From Antedon mediterranea (lineage: Eukaryota; Animalia; Echinodermata), in the NCBI RefSeq assembly GCF_964355755.1, contig NC_092679.1, forward strand, positions 22,985,432-23,049,431: a DNA stretch of 64,000 nucleotides. Direction: 5' to 3'. A program made the position numbers and the translations under genes. Below the pieces are notes generated by a model, which saw only the letters and a list, made by a program, of their open reading frames with translations, was not told the origin of the DNA and made no database searches. The stretch's first letter is position 1. Each line of letters starts with the position of its first letter. Of the stretch, positions 12,401 through 23,523 are shown piece by piece.

Positions 12401-15400
12401 CTGTTTTAACATATTTCAATTAATTCTGTATTTATACAACTTTATATGTAATGTAAGACTATTTTTTTCTGAATTGTATACTATATCCGGAGTTGGATAG
12501 CCGACTGGTTAGGACACTTAACTGTCATACAGATAGACCCGGGTTCAATTCCCGTCAACTCCCTGTCCACTCAGCTGTAAATTAGTACCTGGTTAAAAAT
12601 ACTAGGGAGAAAAAAGGCCGCGTGGAAAGAAACTGGCCACCCTACCACATAATGCCGAGGCTTAGTACAATGAGCTCCTAACAGCTCATTCCCCTACGTT
12701 CTACCACATAATGCTGAGGCTTAGTACAATGAGCTCCTAACAGCTCATTCCCCTACGTTCTACCACATAATGCTGAGGCTTAGTACAATGAGCTCCTAAC
12801 AGCTCATTCCCCTACGTTCAGAGAACACGGGACTCAACCTTACCCTTATACTATACCCAATATAAATCATAAATACCTTTTCCTATGTTACTATGCACAA
12901 GAAATTCTGTATAGTGTTCCATGGCTTGCTTGGCTGTTTTGGTGCCAATATTACTAGCAATTCCCTCCCTGTAAATCAAACAACGTTATTTTTTGTGATG
13001 CGTAATTAACCAATCAGGTGTGTTAAAATACTTTACAATATTAAGGTGGCCTTACCAATTGCCAAAGCCATAGCTCTCAATGGCGTCTAAGAGTTTCATC
13101 TCCTCTTGGCTTGACCAGTCCTCGTACATTAACGGTATCGCACCATTATCCTAAATTAAAAACAACAAAATAAACATTAAAATGAATAACACATTCAAAG
13201 TGACAGATCCAGAATTTTAAAATAAGGGGGAGGGAGGGCTGCTAAAAATTTAAAAAATTTAATTTTTAAACTTCATCCTTAAACAAATTAAAAGGAGTAA
13301 AATATTTGCATGTTTCAAAATAAAGTTTAATATCAAACTGAAAATTTACTAAAAAATTTTAATTCTATTATTATATTGAATCACATTAGGTCCGAGAATA
13401 TTTTATATTATATAACACCTATATAAATTCCTGTCATTTGATTGGACGAATGTGGGTCACATGGCGTGCAATAGTACGCACTATTCAACGATCGTTAAAT
13501 AGTACTTTTTGAAACATTTTTGTGTACGAAAAAAAAACGTCTAGATGTTATATAAAACAAATAATGAATGTTTTGTATTCGTGTAATGGTACAAATAATG
13601 GCACTTGGTGAATGATGAAAGGTTATATCAACTCGGCTTTGCCTCGTTGATATAACCTTTCATCATTCACCTCGTGCCATTATTTGTACCATTGCACTCA
13701 TAAACATTCATTATTTGTATAATAACATATGTACTATGATGTACAGTGTTTACATATTTAAGGAGATATGGAATATATTGCACATGGTACTATGATGTAC
13801 AGTGTTTACATATTTAAGTAGATATGGAATATATTGCACATGGTATTATGATGTACAGTGTTTACATATTTAAGTAGATATGGAATATATTGCACATGGT
13901 ATTATGATGTACAGTGTTTACATATTTAAGTAGATATGGAATATATTGCACATGGTACTATGATGTACAGTGTTTACATATTTAAGTAGATATGGAATAT
14001 ATTGCACATGGTATTATTCACATTCATAATCATATCATTTGCCTCAATTAATAACACTGTTACAATACATGGCTACAGTATCAATGTATGCCAATCTTCA
14101 AACATAAGGCTTTTGTTAACTACAGTAATACCATTTACAAATCGCACACACAGCTATTTCACGCTTCAATGAACATGGAAGACCCCCTTTGCATCTGCTG
14201 CCCTCATTTGCATATGAATCATGTATGGATGTACTAATTAACATTATTGTTGTATGTCTTATGATGATGCAGGCAAGCATTACAAATTATAATTATCATA
14301 ACGCAAATTGCTTTGCTATTTTGAATTATTAATGTATTATATTTTGAGGTTTTTTAATAATACTGAACTTCCTATAATAACAATAACATAATTATAATCA
14401 GGATGTTGGAATTTCCTTCCTTTTCCATCTGGAATTTTATCCATAAATTTAGTTTGTTATATCTATAAATTATGGATCTTTTTAAGATTGTTGTTTCAAA
14501 CCTGTTAGTGGCGGTATTTATCGCTGTTGGTTTTGATTGAATAAAATAAAATAAAATAAAATAATGAGAATAACACTATAATATTATTAAACTGATTACC
14601 ATATGACTAAGTATATTCCCTGGGTAGAAAATTTAGCCTAAAGTAACTTAAGGAGTGAGATTATTCTCCAGCATGGGACTATATTCGAGTAAATAATTTG
14701 AATTATTGAAATTAATATTATTTTATAATTTGATTAATTACTAACTCCAATCAGTGACCTAAATCCCATTTTGTACGTCAAAATATATTTCTAATAAACT
14801 ATAGCCATGAATAAAAATTACATTTATAATAAATATCTATTTTCATTTACATTAAAATGTACTTACAGAGAAATCACAAAGAATGTTTCAAATTATTTAA
14901 TTAAATTTCAGTATTTCACCGAGCGGTTTAGAATTAATTTACTTTGCCTGATTTGTTTAAAGAATATTTTTTAAGTGATATATTTTAAAGAAAATTAAAA
15001 TTTGGTCCTAAAAGTGATCTTAAATTGGAGGTAAAACTGAAATACAAATTACTAGGTATACTTTATAACACCATAGAGAAAAAAATATTTATTTTTTCCT
15101 CCACGATAACACGAAGCATTTCTATTATATGTTCCACGACAACCATTTACGTTCTATGTAAATACTATAATAATCTCTCAATATTTTAATCTATGCTTAA
15201 TCATGCATGACCAAGAATGCTCCCCTTGGAGGTTTGAATTTGTTGCATGTTATTATACCACACACAGAATTATTTTTCAATGGTTGCACACATGAAAAAG
15301 TAGTTTAATCATCTTCAAAGCTTGAACACAATTTTAATATTATCTTTTATCCAATTTTTATATTATTGGAATATTAATCTAGCTTTTAAAATTGTTATGC

Positions 15401-16783
15401 ATTTGCATCCATATTAGGTCATGGATGTGACTTTGTCATTAATACCTTAAATATATCATATTATTTTGTATATAATATATTACAATTTTTGTCAAGGTCC
15501 AACCCTTACAAATAATAATTAATAACTAAACTGATTTTTTTGCTTGATACTGTATTTTAATTGTTAATTTATTGGTTGAAAATTGAGTGTACACTTAATT
15601 ACTTTGATGATGGGATTAGCTAATATATCTGATGGGATTAGCTAATATATCTGATGGGATTAGCTAATATATCTGATGGGATTAGCTAATATATCTGAAA
15701 TTGTACTAAGTTTGTAAAAATGCAAATACAGTACACATTGTAGTATTTTATATATTAACACCTATATAGATTCCAGCCATTTGATTGGACGATTGTTGGT
15801 TACATGGCATGCAATAGTACGTACTCTTTAATAGTACTACCTCCCTCCCCCTTTTGTTGTATGAAAAAATATCTTCTTGTGTACGAAAAAATGAAATTCA
15901 ATAGCAGTACGGTCTGTTGATCTGCGAACGGAAACGGCAATGCACACAACACGACCTCTCCTTCATACTGTAACAACAAGGTCAGTGAAAATAGAATTTC
16001 ATCTTTCACCTCATGAAATTATTTGCACCATCGCACTTATAAACATTTATTATTTGTATATACTTACCAAGACTTCATAGTCATGAGACTTGAGGTGTGT
16101 TCCAATTTCCGCACCAGCAGAAAAGCACTGTAAAACAATTTTTAGAAAAAGAATTATTACAAAACATCGGCATAAAAATAAAATGAAAAAAATCTAAAGC
16201 TATGCTTTACTAAATGCTAGGTAAAATGTTATTATTTATGCAGAGGGTACACAGAACACAAAACAAATTCATTCAACAGTAAACAATTATTTAAAGACCT
16301 GAGCAAACTCACTGACCCATAACAAATCACTGGCACACCAGGGTCACTCCCAATTATATAAAAAAAAGATGTGCATCCAAAAATATAAATACTGTACTAA
16401 AGTCTACAGTACTACCTATCGCATTCATTATATTAAATCCGATCAGGCTATTATCCTCACAAAAGCACAGATTGGTTTTTTGCAGGCCTGAACAAAAGAT
16501 AACAGAAGGGGATTCCTGACCTATCTACACGTACGTACTGCACTTCCTTCTATGTAAATGAAGGTTACAACTTGCCTGTAAACAAAGATCGAAATCAGCT
16601 TCGGAACATTCGATGCATTTCACTCTCACGCCTTTCAGCTCCTCTTGACAATAATTACAGTAAAACTTGGTCGAAGGTTCTGAAATAAAGTAAACATACA
16701 TTTATTCACAGTTATTGTACGTTAGCTAGAAACACAGAAAAATGGATTTAAATACAAAGGTACAAAGACAACCTACCGGCCAT
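9429..16783 (-). CDS. TADA2B: Transcriptional adaptor 2-beta (Ada2b, SAGA HAT module), ~12-13 exons; 3' end uncertain
   Basis: ATG at 16783. Exons (approx.) 16777-16783, 16576-16679 (ZZ finger FYCNYCQEELKGVRVKCIECSEADFDLCLQ), 16068-16127 (CFSAGAEIGTH), 13057-13150 (SANT WSSQEEMKLLDAIESYGFGNW), 12877-12968, 12236-12292, 12008-12111 (LGFMPLRDDFER), 11635-11706, 11203-11322, 10517-10642, 10029-10099 (YRRNGITK), 9600-9708. Candidate last exon 9429-9450. Confidence 0.92.
10784..11111. repeat. Tandem duplication, 2 x ~161 bp (TADA2B intron)
   Basis: Near-identical units start at 10784 and 10945. Confidence 0.85.
12489..12850 (+). mobile_element. tRNA-derived SINE (MetaSINE-like core) with internal 3 x 59-bp tandem expansion
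   Basis: A box TAGCCGACTGG, B box GGGTTCAATTCCC, core TCCACTCAGCTGTAAATTAGTACCTGG. 59-bp units at 12642, 12701 and 12760. ACCTT-like tail. Confidence 0.75.
13411..13722. mobile_element. Interspersed element ending in a long foldback hairpin; related copies at ~15755-16060 and ~19468-19610
   Basis: Arms ~13557-13633 and ~13646-13720 are near-perfect inverted repeats around TCGGCTTTGCCTC. The head 'tataaattcctgtcatttgattggacga...gcaatagtacg' recurs in the other two copies. Confidence 0.7.
13726..14016. repeat. Minisatellite, ~5 x 56 bp
   Basis: Unit GTA(C/T)TATGATGTACAGTGTTTACATATTTAAGTAGATATGGAATATATTGCACATG starts at 13731, 13787, 13843 and onward. Confidence 0.9.
15608..15698. repeat. Minisatellite, 4 x 22 bp
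   Basis: TGATGGGATTAGCTAATATATC repeated four times. Confidence 0.9.
16128..16575 (-). other. GC-AG intron of TADA2B (within ZZ finger)
   Basis: CAG|GCAAGT donor is needed to join ...DLCLQ to CFSAGAEIG in frame. Confidence 0.85.
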
Positions 16784-16868
16784 TTTCGCCGTCCGTCGAA
16801 GATGACCCTTGGCATTAGTGATGATGTCATGAGATCCCACAATGCATCAGTCATTGCGATCAACAAAC
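16784..16868. promoter_or_regulatory. 85-bp bidirectional promoter between TADA2B and MED17
   Basis: Start codons at 16783 (-) and 16869 (+). ZNF143/Staf-like TCCCACAATGCA at 16835-16846, CRE-like TGATGTCA at 16822-16829, YY1-like AAAATGGCCG and AACATGGCGG overlapping each ATG. Confidence 0.75.
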
Positions 16869-19800
16869 ATGGCGGCCCACTCGGTGCAAGTGAGTGTTGA
16901 ATCTTTGTTAGAAAATCAAGTTCAAGAAGTTGCTCTAGATGGACAAGAGACGTATAACAAGTAGGAATATTTTCAATGAATAAAAAAATGTTTAATACAA
17001 TTGTCTGCTAAGTTTAGCTAGCTAATAGATAAGTAAGAAAGAGGCTAGGCCCGGCGCTAGCCATACTTCTTGTTCATGCATCAACCAACCACCACCGCCC
17101 TCCCCCTGGCTGGATCTGCTGCATATGCAAGATTCGGTTAATGATACATATGGCATAGGCCTACGTTGGTTTAGGAATATATTTGTTTATGAATAATGCT
17201 AGCACTACCAGCTGTCATAAATAAAAGCTCACTTTTTTTTTGCAGGCCTTTGTCTATGTCTGAAAACTTGGCAAAGTTAGCACAGAAAATTGACTTTGAT
17301 AAAGTTGAAGAAGAAGAGAAAAAAGAGGAGGCAGATAATGCTGATGGAACCACATCTTTTCAACATCCTCAGTGGCCATGGGAGAGTGTTAGAAATAAAC
17401 TTAGGTAAGGTTAATTGAATTATCGATTTTACAGTAAATACAAATTATCTAATAATGTTATTAATTAGAGATTTTTATGTTAATTGTTAACTTGTTTAAT
17501 TTATAAGCCTAATTGATTTTTAGCACACTCTTTGTAGAAATCCTAATCTCATAATACAGCATTATGATAAACTATTTATATTATTTTTATACGTTGTTAA
17601 TTGCATGCAATTTGTCTTTTGAGCAATATTTTGTATGTCACATTTTATATTGAGAATAATGAAAAGAAATAATACTATTTTACTGTTTTTCACTTAGGAC
17701 TGCATTCACAGAGATTTGTGTATTGTCTGATATACTTCACATTGGCCAAGAAAAGAAGTATCTAGTATTTGATCCAGTCAACCAAGAGGCGCCTCCTCAT
17801 AGACAAGTTCTTAAATTAGTTACAAAGAAAAAAGTAAGAATAGATGGATTTGTGCTTGATAGAGCATCACAAATTATTGTACTCCAATTAAACCTTGGTG
17901 GACCCCAATGAACCATAACAACAAACCACAATATTATAATGAACCACAGGGTACGACAAATTACTCCAATGAACCACAGCAAACAACAATAATAAACCAC
18001 AGTGAACCCTAATGAACCAGGGTCCCACAAATTACTATAATGAACCACAGCAAACCTTGTTCTTAACCCAATTAAAAAAACATTCACCTGTTGCACAGCG
18101 GTGGTGGCGAGTGACCGTGAAGTCTTTAACCCATCAATCCTGAATGGTTACTTGTCCATATATTCACTCATTGTACAAGAGAAACGGAATGAATTAAATA
18201 AGTTTACCTCTTTGTAGAGTTTAGCAACTGTGGCCGATATTTTGCTGAAGGGTGCTAAAATGCTAAGTAAGCCTCCATCAGAAGCAAATGTACCAGATTT
18301 CCATGCGGAACTCCTGAAACTCTGTCAGCACTGGCGGTTAAAAAAAGTTGGAAACAGTATACTGGGTGATCTTAGCTTCAAGTCCGGTGAGAAACCCTTA
18401 GATTGGCATAATAAATATTCCTTAAATAACTTTGAAAGAAATCTATGTTGCTAAAGAATCAATTAAATCGGGTTGAGATTTTTTAGCTGATGTTGTGTTT
18501 AATATCTTACTAATACTACTGGGCCTAAATATAAAATAAAGGGTCCTATAGAAAATATAAAAATATAAAAAACAAATTTGGGTTTGGCCAACATAACAAA
18601 TTTATTTTTAGGCCTTTAAATCATCTCTCTCCAAGTTATTTTAAACATGTTTAGATGATGTTTCACCTGGATTTGTTTTTTATTTTCTTTTATTTTTTGT
18701 AGCTGGTTCAAGATTTTGGCATAGTGGTGTATTTGAAGTAATTAAAACATCAGATATTGACACGCAAGATCCTACTGCAGTTGGTATAAATAAACGACCA
18801 CTCCAAGTTGTGGTACCTACTGATCTTGAGGGAACTAGTTATATACAAGTTATTATACAATCAGGTTTGTTATTTAGATAACTTAGAGTAAACCAAACAT
18901 ACGGCTGCTACATTTTAACATTTCTGTTTTTACACATCAGTTATCTCTTAAAGATATTTTGTCCTCCTGAAAAAAATTATTGAAAACATGTGTAAAAACA
19001 TTTTAATTTCATATAATAAAATACAAAATTGTGTGTTTTTTTTTCTGCAGAAGTAAGTAACCTTTTAAAACTACAAAATGTTGCATGTTTTGGAGGACAA
19101 TACATTTTGACTCAACAATGTCCCTTATTCTCCACTGTATTTCATATTTGTTATTGATTGTAGGTGATGCAGACATAGCCTCAACAGTTGTCTCTCAGAT
19201 GAGTCGTACCAAAGTATCAGCTAATGCTCATTGGCAGGAGAGACTGGAAGCAGCTCAAAATGTGCTATTCTGTAAAGAGCTTTTCTCTCAGGTATGTAAA
19301 GTCATTTGATTACATATATCACAGTATTAAGTATTTTGACAGATGAGGTGATGGTAGCCACTAAGCTGTGTGCGCTAAAACATCTCATGTTTGTTTGAGC
19401 CCATCAGTACTTTCTATACTTACCCCTTCTTGTTATCTAGCTTGTAATTTGTGTTGCATATTCTTAATTATAAATTAATTCCTGTCATTTGATTGGACGA
19501 TTTTGGGTAATGCAATAGTACGTACTATTTAACAGTCGCCTTGTAAAAATAGAATTTCATCTTTGACCTCATGAAATTATTTGTACCGCACTCATAAAAC
19601 ATTCATTATAGCATCGCTAATTAAAAATTCTAAACAAGAACCACCAACAGTACAGTGCACAAATAGCACAATATTAACAGTTTCAGAGGGCAGGGGAATT
19701 TTTCTCTCTCAATATTTTTTATCCACCTGCCGTTGCCACATTTTGTTATTTATAGAAATACTGTATACCATGTTTCAGATAAGCTAAGTAAGGTATGAAA

Positions 19801-22800
19801 GGCGATAATGTTGTATTTTATTTTTAGATTGCAAGGGAAGCTGTCCAGTTGAAGTCCCCTATACCACATCTTGTCATCGGTAACCAAATAATATGCTCAT
19901 TGTTCCCACGAGTACAACTCAGGATTACACTATGTCATGATTCACAAGCTGACGATGGGGTAGGTCAAAAGGTTATAATATAAATTCAGAGTAGAAATTT
20001 AGTTTGTTTTGTTGTAGAAGTTTGTGAGGCAGTCACTGCAATAAACAATGTGTATGATTAATACAACCCAGAAAAAAGCTTACAGAGTAAATAAAATGTA
20101 GTTGCTGCAATAACTGCAGTAGAGCAATGTTGACAATTTTAATTTGTACCATGTGCAGGGGTGGTTCCGGAGAGGAGATAGGCACCACTGGGAGATATGG
20201 CTTAAGCCTGTGTATTGTATCATGATGAGTACAACTACTAATCCCCCTATATCTCATCTGATCCTCTGGGACAACTATAACTAGAACAGGTGTGCTTATT
20301 TCTTTAACCACGCTGTAAATTTCCTGGAATTGCTTTATTTAGTCTGTAAATCTAACTTGTCGGCTATTCTTCGATTCATCCACCCAGATCCCAGCCATGC
20401 AGGCAAGTGACCAGAACACATCATTGGAGCATTCACTGCATCAAATGCTGAAAGCTTTGCACATAAGTAACCAGTACACAGCAACCCCTCATCCAGTCAC
20501 CATGTCTCACGTTGTTAGTAAGAAACGTAGGCTAGCTGGACCTACTGCGTCTACCAAGAAAGAAGTTATGGACAAGCAACCAGGGTAAGCAGTAGAGGCA
20601 TATCCATGATTTAAAAATAAAAACAGGGTGCGACAAATCCAAGAATCAATGTGATCTAATTTCGCCATTGTTAACCATAAAAAACAAACGGCCACATTAC
20701 GTTGAAACACTCGTCAAATCACTGAAGTTATGCAACGTTGGGTTCAGTTGCGTTCTGGATGCGAGGCCATCTGGAAATATTGCGTTGGGTGCTGTATATA
20801 CCAGAAAGTGATTGTGTAATGATAACAACGGACTAGCATGGGATAGGCATGGGTTCGAGCCTATCTGTTCCATACTGATTGTATCATTTAGGCAAAGTGC
20901 TTTACTATCATTGCCACATCCTTCGTACGGGACGTAAAGCCGTTGGTCCTGTGTATAATATGCATGTTAAAGAACAATAGGTACACTATTCGAAAGAGGG
21001 ATCGTCTCCCAGTGTGCTGATCTAGTGGACGCTGCACTTCTACCTGTCGTGGGTCTGTAAAGAGCCTAATCCGAATTTCCTCTGTTTCCAGATAAGCTTA
21101 TAAATAATAATAATAATACTTTTACCATATATTATTATATTTAAAACATTTATTCATTATTTTTCAGGGAATGCATTCTTGAAAGAATAATAAAGCAAGC
21201 TAAACATATAGTTCTTAGAAAGAGGTAGGTAAAAAAGAGGTTTGCTGTTCTATAGCATAGCGGTTAACTAATAACACAGAAGTTCATGTGTTAAAGGTTC
21301 AAACGGTCAATATGGAGACATGGGCGCAAACCATTAATTGTAAATCATGTGAAACAGTTTTGTTTTATTATAAGTTTTTGAAAATCACAATGGAAAACTA
21401 GAAGGGCACTCAGAGAGCTAAAACCTCTCCCTATGTATATGAAAATTTAATGATGTGTTCCCATACAGCTATGAAACCATCCTATAAAATCTTATAAAAA
21501 TCGGGCCATAACTTTTTGAGTAATCCTAACAATTAAATATAGAATGAAAGAAACAAACACAAATTAAAACATAACCTCCTTGTCGGAGGTAATAATATTT
21601 AAAATTTTTTACTTTATTTGAAGGGTTGCAAAAGTGATAGATGAATTTACAAAAGAGCACAGTGATCCAACGTTAATTGCGCATTGGGGATCGTTCACTC
21701 AACCTCTGCAGTCTACTGTTATACTAGATATTGTATCCCAGAGATACGACCAAATACAAAAGTAAGTTTATTTTCTGCTTTTTCACTGAACTTCATGATG
21801 TCATACTTTTATGTGTATTAACTGGTCAGGGTAATTTTAGCTTGCAGCTTTTAAATATTTCCCATTTTCCGATTTAACTGGGAATAAGTTTATTATTATT
21901 ATATTAATAGAATATATCTTTTCATATTTGAATATTTGAGCCAAAATACTTTTTTTTATTTATAGAACCCTGTTGCAACTGTTTGTTGAGTGTGACCATG
22001 TCAGAGCCGTTTTACGAGATGGACGAGTTACACAGCTGTCACATGAAGAAGAAGATCTATATGATCTCCTTCTAACACAGGTATATTAATGGGGATAGTT
22101 ATTCTAGGGGTAGATGTTGCTCTAAAGAGGATTGTTTTCCAGGGCCTAATCATTAAAATTCAACCCTTGCAATTGTTTTTAATACTGTGGTCATTTTCAT
22201 GTACAAATTTTAATATTTACAGGTGGTTCAATATTTTAAATTTTTTTACAGGTGTCTTTCCATCAAATGAACACATTGTCATTTCTTGCTAAGCTTACAC
22301 GTATGAATATTCTTCAACACAACATGCAAGTCGGCGTGGGTGATATGGCAAAACTTGGAAATGCTTCTTCTCTCCTGCTGTCGACACCGAATGGAAAATA
22401 GTGAGTTATAACATGTAATATCTTATGAGGCTGTTAATGGCTATTGACTAGGAGCTTAGGAAGGTCTTTTTATGCATGATGTATTTTTATACCTTTTTAT
22501 ATAATATTATATTTGAATTTCTTAGGCTATAGTAATTGAGTTTACTTTTGGCGCCCATAGCCAACGACGAAATTTATCTTTTTATTTTTTTAATTTTTTT
22601 ATTCATACTCATCCAACAGCGAGTAACTCGCCAATTACAGGATGGATAAACTATTTAATAATTTATCGTGCTTATAAACTAAGTCTCATTTGAGGCTTAG
22701 GGAGTGGAGTTGAAAGATTCATGAGTTACAACCCTGCACTAGGTCAGGATTGAACCCGGGACCTTGGGATTGGAAGGCAAGCAAGTTAACCACCAAGCTA

Positions 22801-23283
22801 CAGCTCCACTATTTCTGTATATATTTTGTTGTTGTATATTTTTATGGCTAAATAAATAAATGAAATGAGATTGGTTGCTGTACTTATTTGCTGGGAATTT
22901 GGCAAGGTCCAATTCGGCAAGGTCCAATTAGCTTGTGTTTTTATAAGAAAATATAGTGCATATCTCTTACTCAGTCAATGGTCACTCCACAGTTAGTAAA
23001 CAACAAAACTGTATTAATTCTTTGCCATTTTAGGATTTATTATCTTTAATTATTTTTTAATTTTAGTACAATTTCTGTTCGATCGGATCCACTACACGGA
23101 ATTAAAGTGTTTGTTCAAGGTACAACAAAGCCTGTTTTTTCCAGTATTGAGAGCAATAAAAACATCATCACCGATCCCAAATATGAACACTTTTCAACGT
23201 CCTTCAGAGAGGTAGATTGGAAGAGGATACCAGGGAGAAATTTTATACACTCTATGGAATTGTTGATGAGTTCTCTGATGTAG
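16869..23283 (+). CDS. MED17: Mediator complex subunit 17, ~13 exons
   Basis: N-terminus [87 protein letters not shown]-terminus [18 protein letters not shown]. All match MED17; GT-AG exons. Confidence 0.95.
20688..21118 (+). mobile_element. 5S rRNA-headed SINE (SINE3/AmnSINE1-like) with tRNA B box and Deu-domain-like core
   Basis: 20688-20797 is a diverged 5S rRNA copy (ACGGCCACATTACGTTGAAACAC..TCACTGAAGTTATGCAACGT..GGATG..CTGGAAATA..GTGCTGTA). GGGTTCGAGCC at ~20851, core GACGTAAAGCCGTTGGTCC..TTAAAGAAC..TTCGAAAGAG, (TAA)n tail. Confidence 0.72.
21396..21594 (+). mobile_element. Short interspersed element with 3' hairpin (possibly Helentron/Helitron2-type non-autonomous)
   Basis: AACTAGAAGGGCACTCAGAGAG start; ACCTCC-ttgtc-GGAGGT stem-loop at 21574-21590. 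Classification is from memory of similar elements. Confidence 0.4.
22575..22807 (-). mobile_element. tRNA-derived SINE with A-rich tail
   Basis: Minus strand reads GGAGCTGTAGCTTGGTGGTTAA..TTCCAATCC..CCGGGTTCAATCCTG (A and B boxes), then a non-tRNA body and poly(A)-like tail. Confidence 0.8.
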
Positions 23284-23523
23284 TAAAATGGTGCACAGTT
23301 TGGAATTTTGGTAATTTTATTCCGAATTTTAAGATACTGTAATTGTCTTTGTACAAGAAAAATCAGTGAGAAATCAGTCTTCAGAAGTATTGTAAAAATG
23401 TATATTTATGTCAATAATAAAAAGAAAACGTCAAAGATATTTCAATGTTTCATTTACAAAGCTTGATTTTTTTGTGGATGTATTTATGTAAACCAATTTC
23501 AAAAACTAGTTTGGTAACGTATT

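Noticed and set aside
12489-12565. tRNA genes here and at 22735-22807, 43230-43300 and 47471-47560
   Set aside because: A/B boxes are present but I could not fold convincing cloverleaves, and most run into SINE bodies and tails; treated as SINE heads.
20688-20797. Functional 5S rRNA gene
   Set aside because: Internal deletion, many substitutions, no T-run terminator, and it continues into a SINE body.
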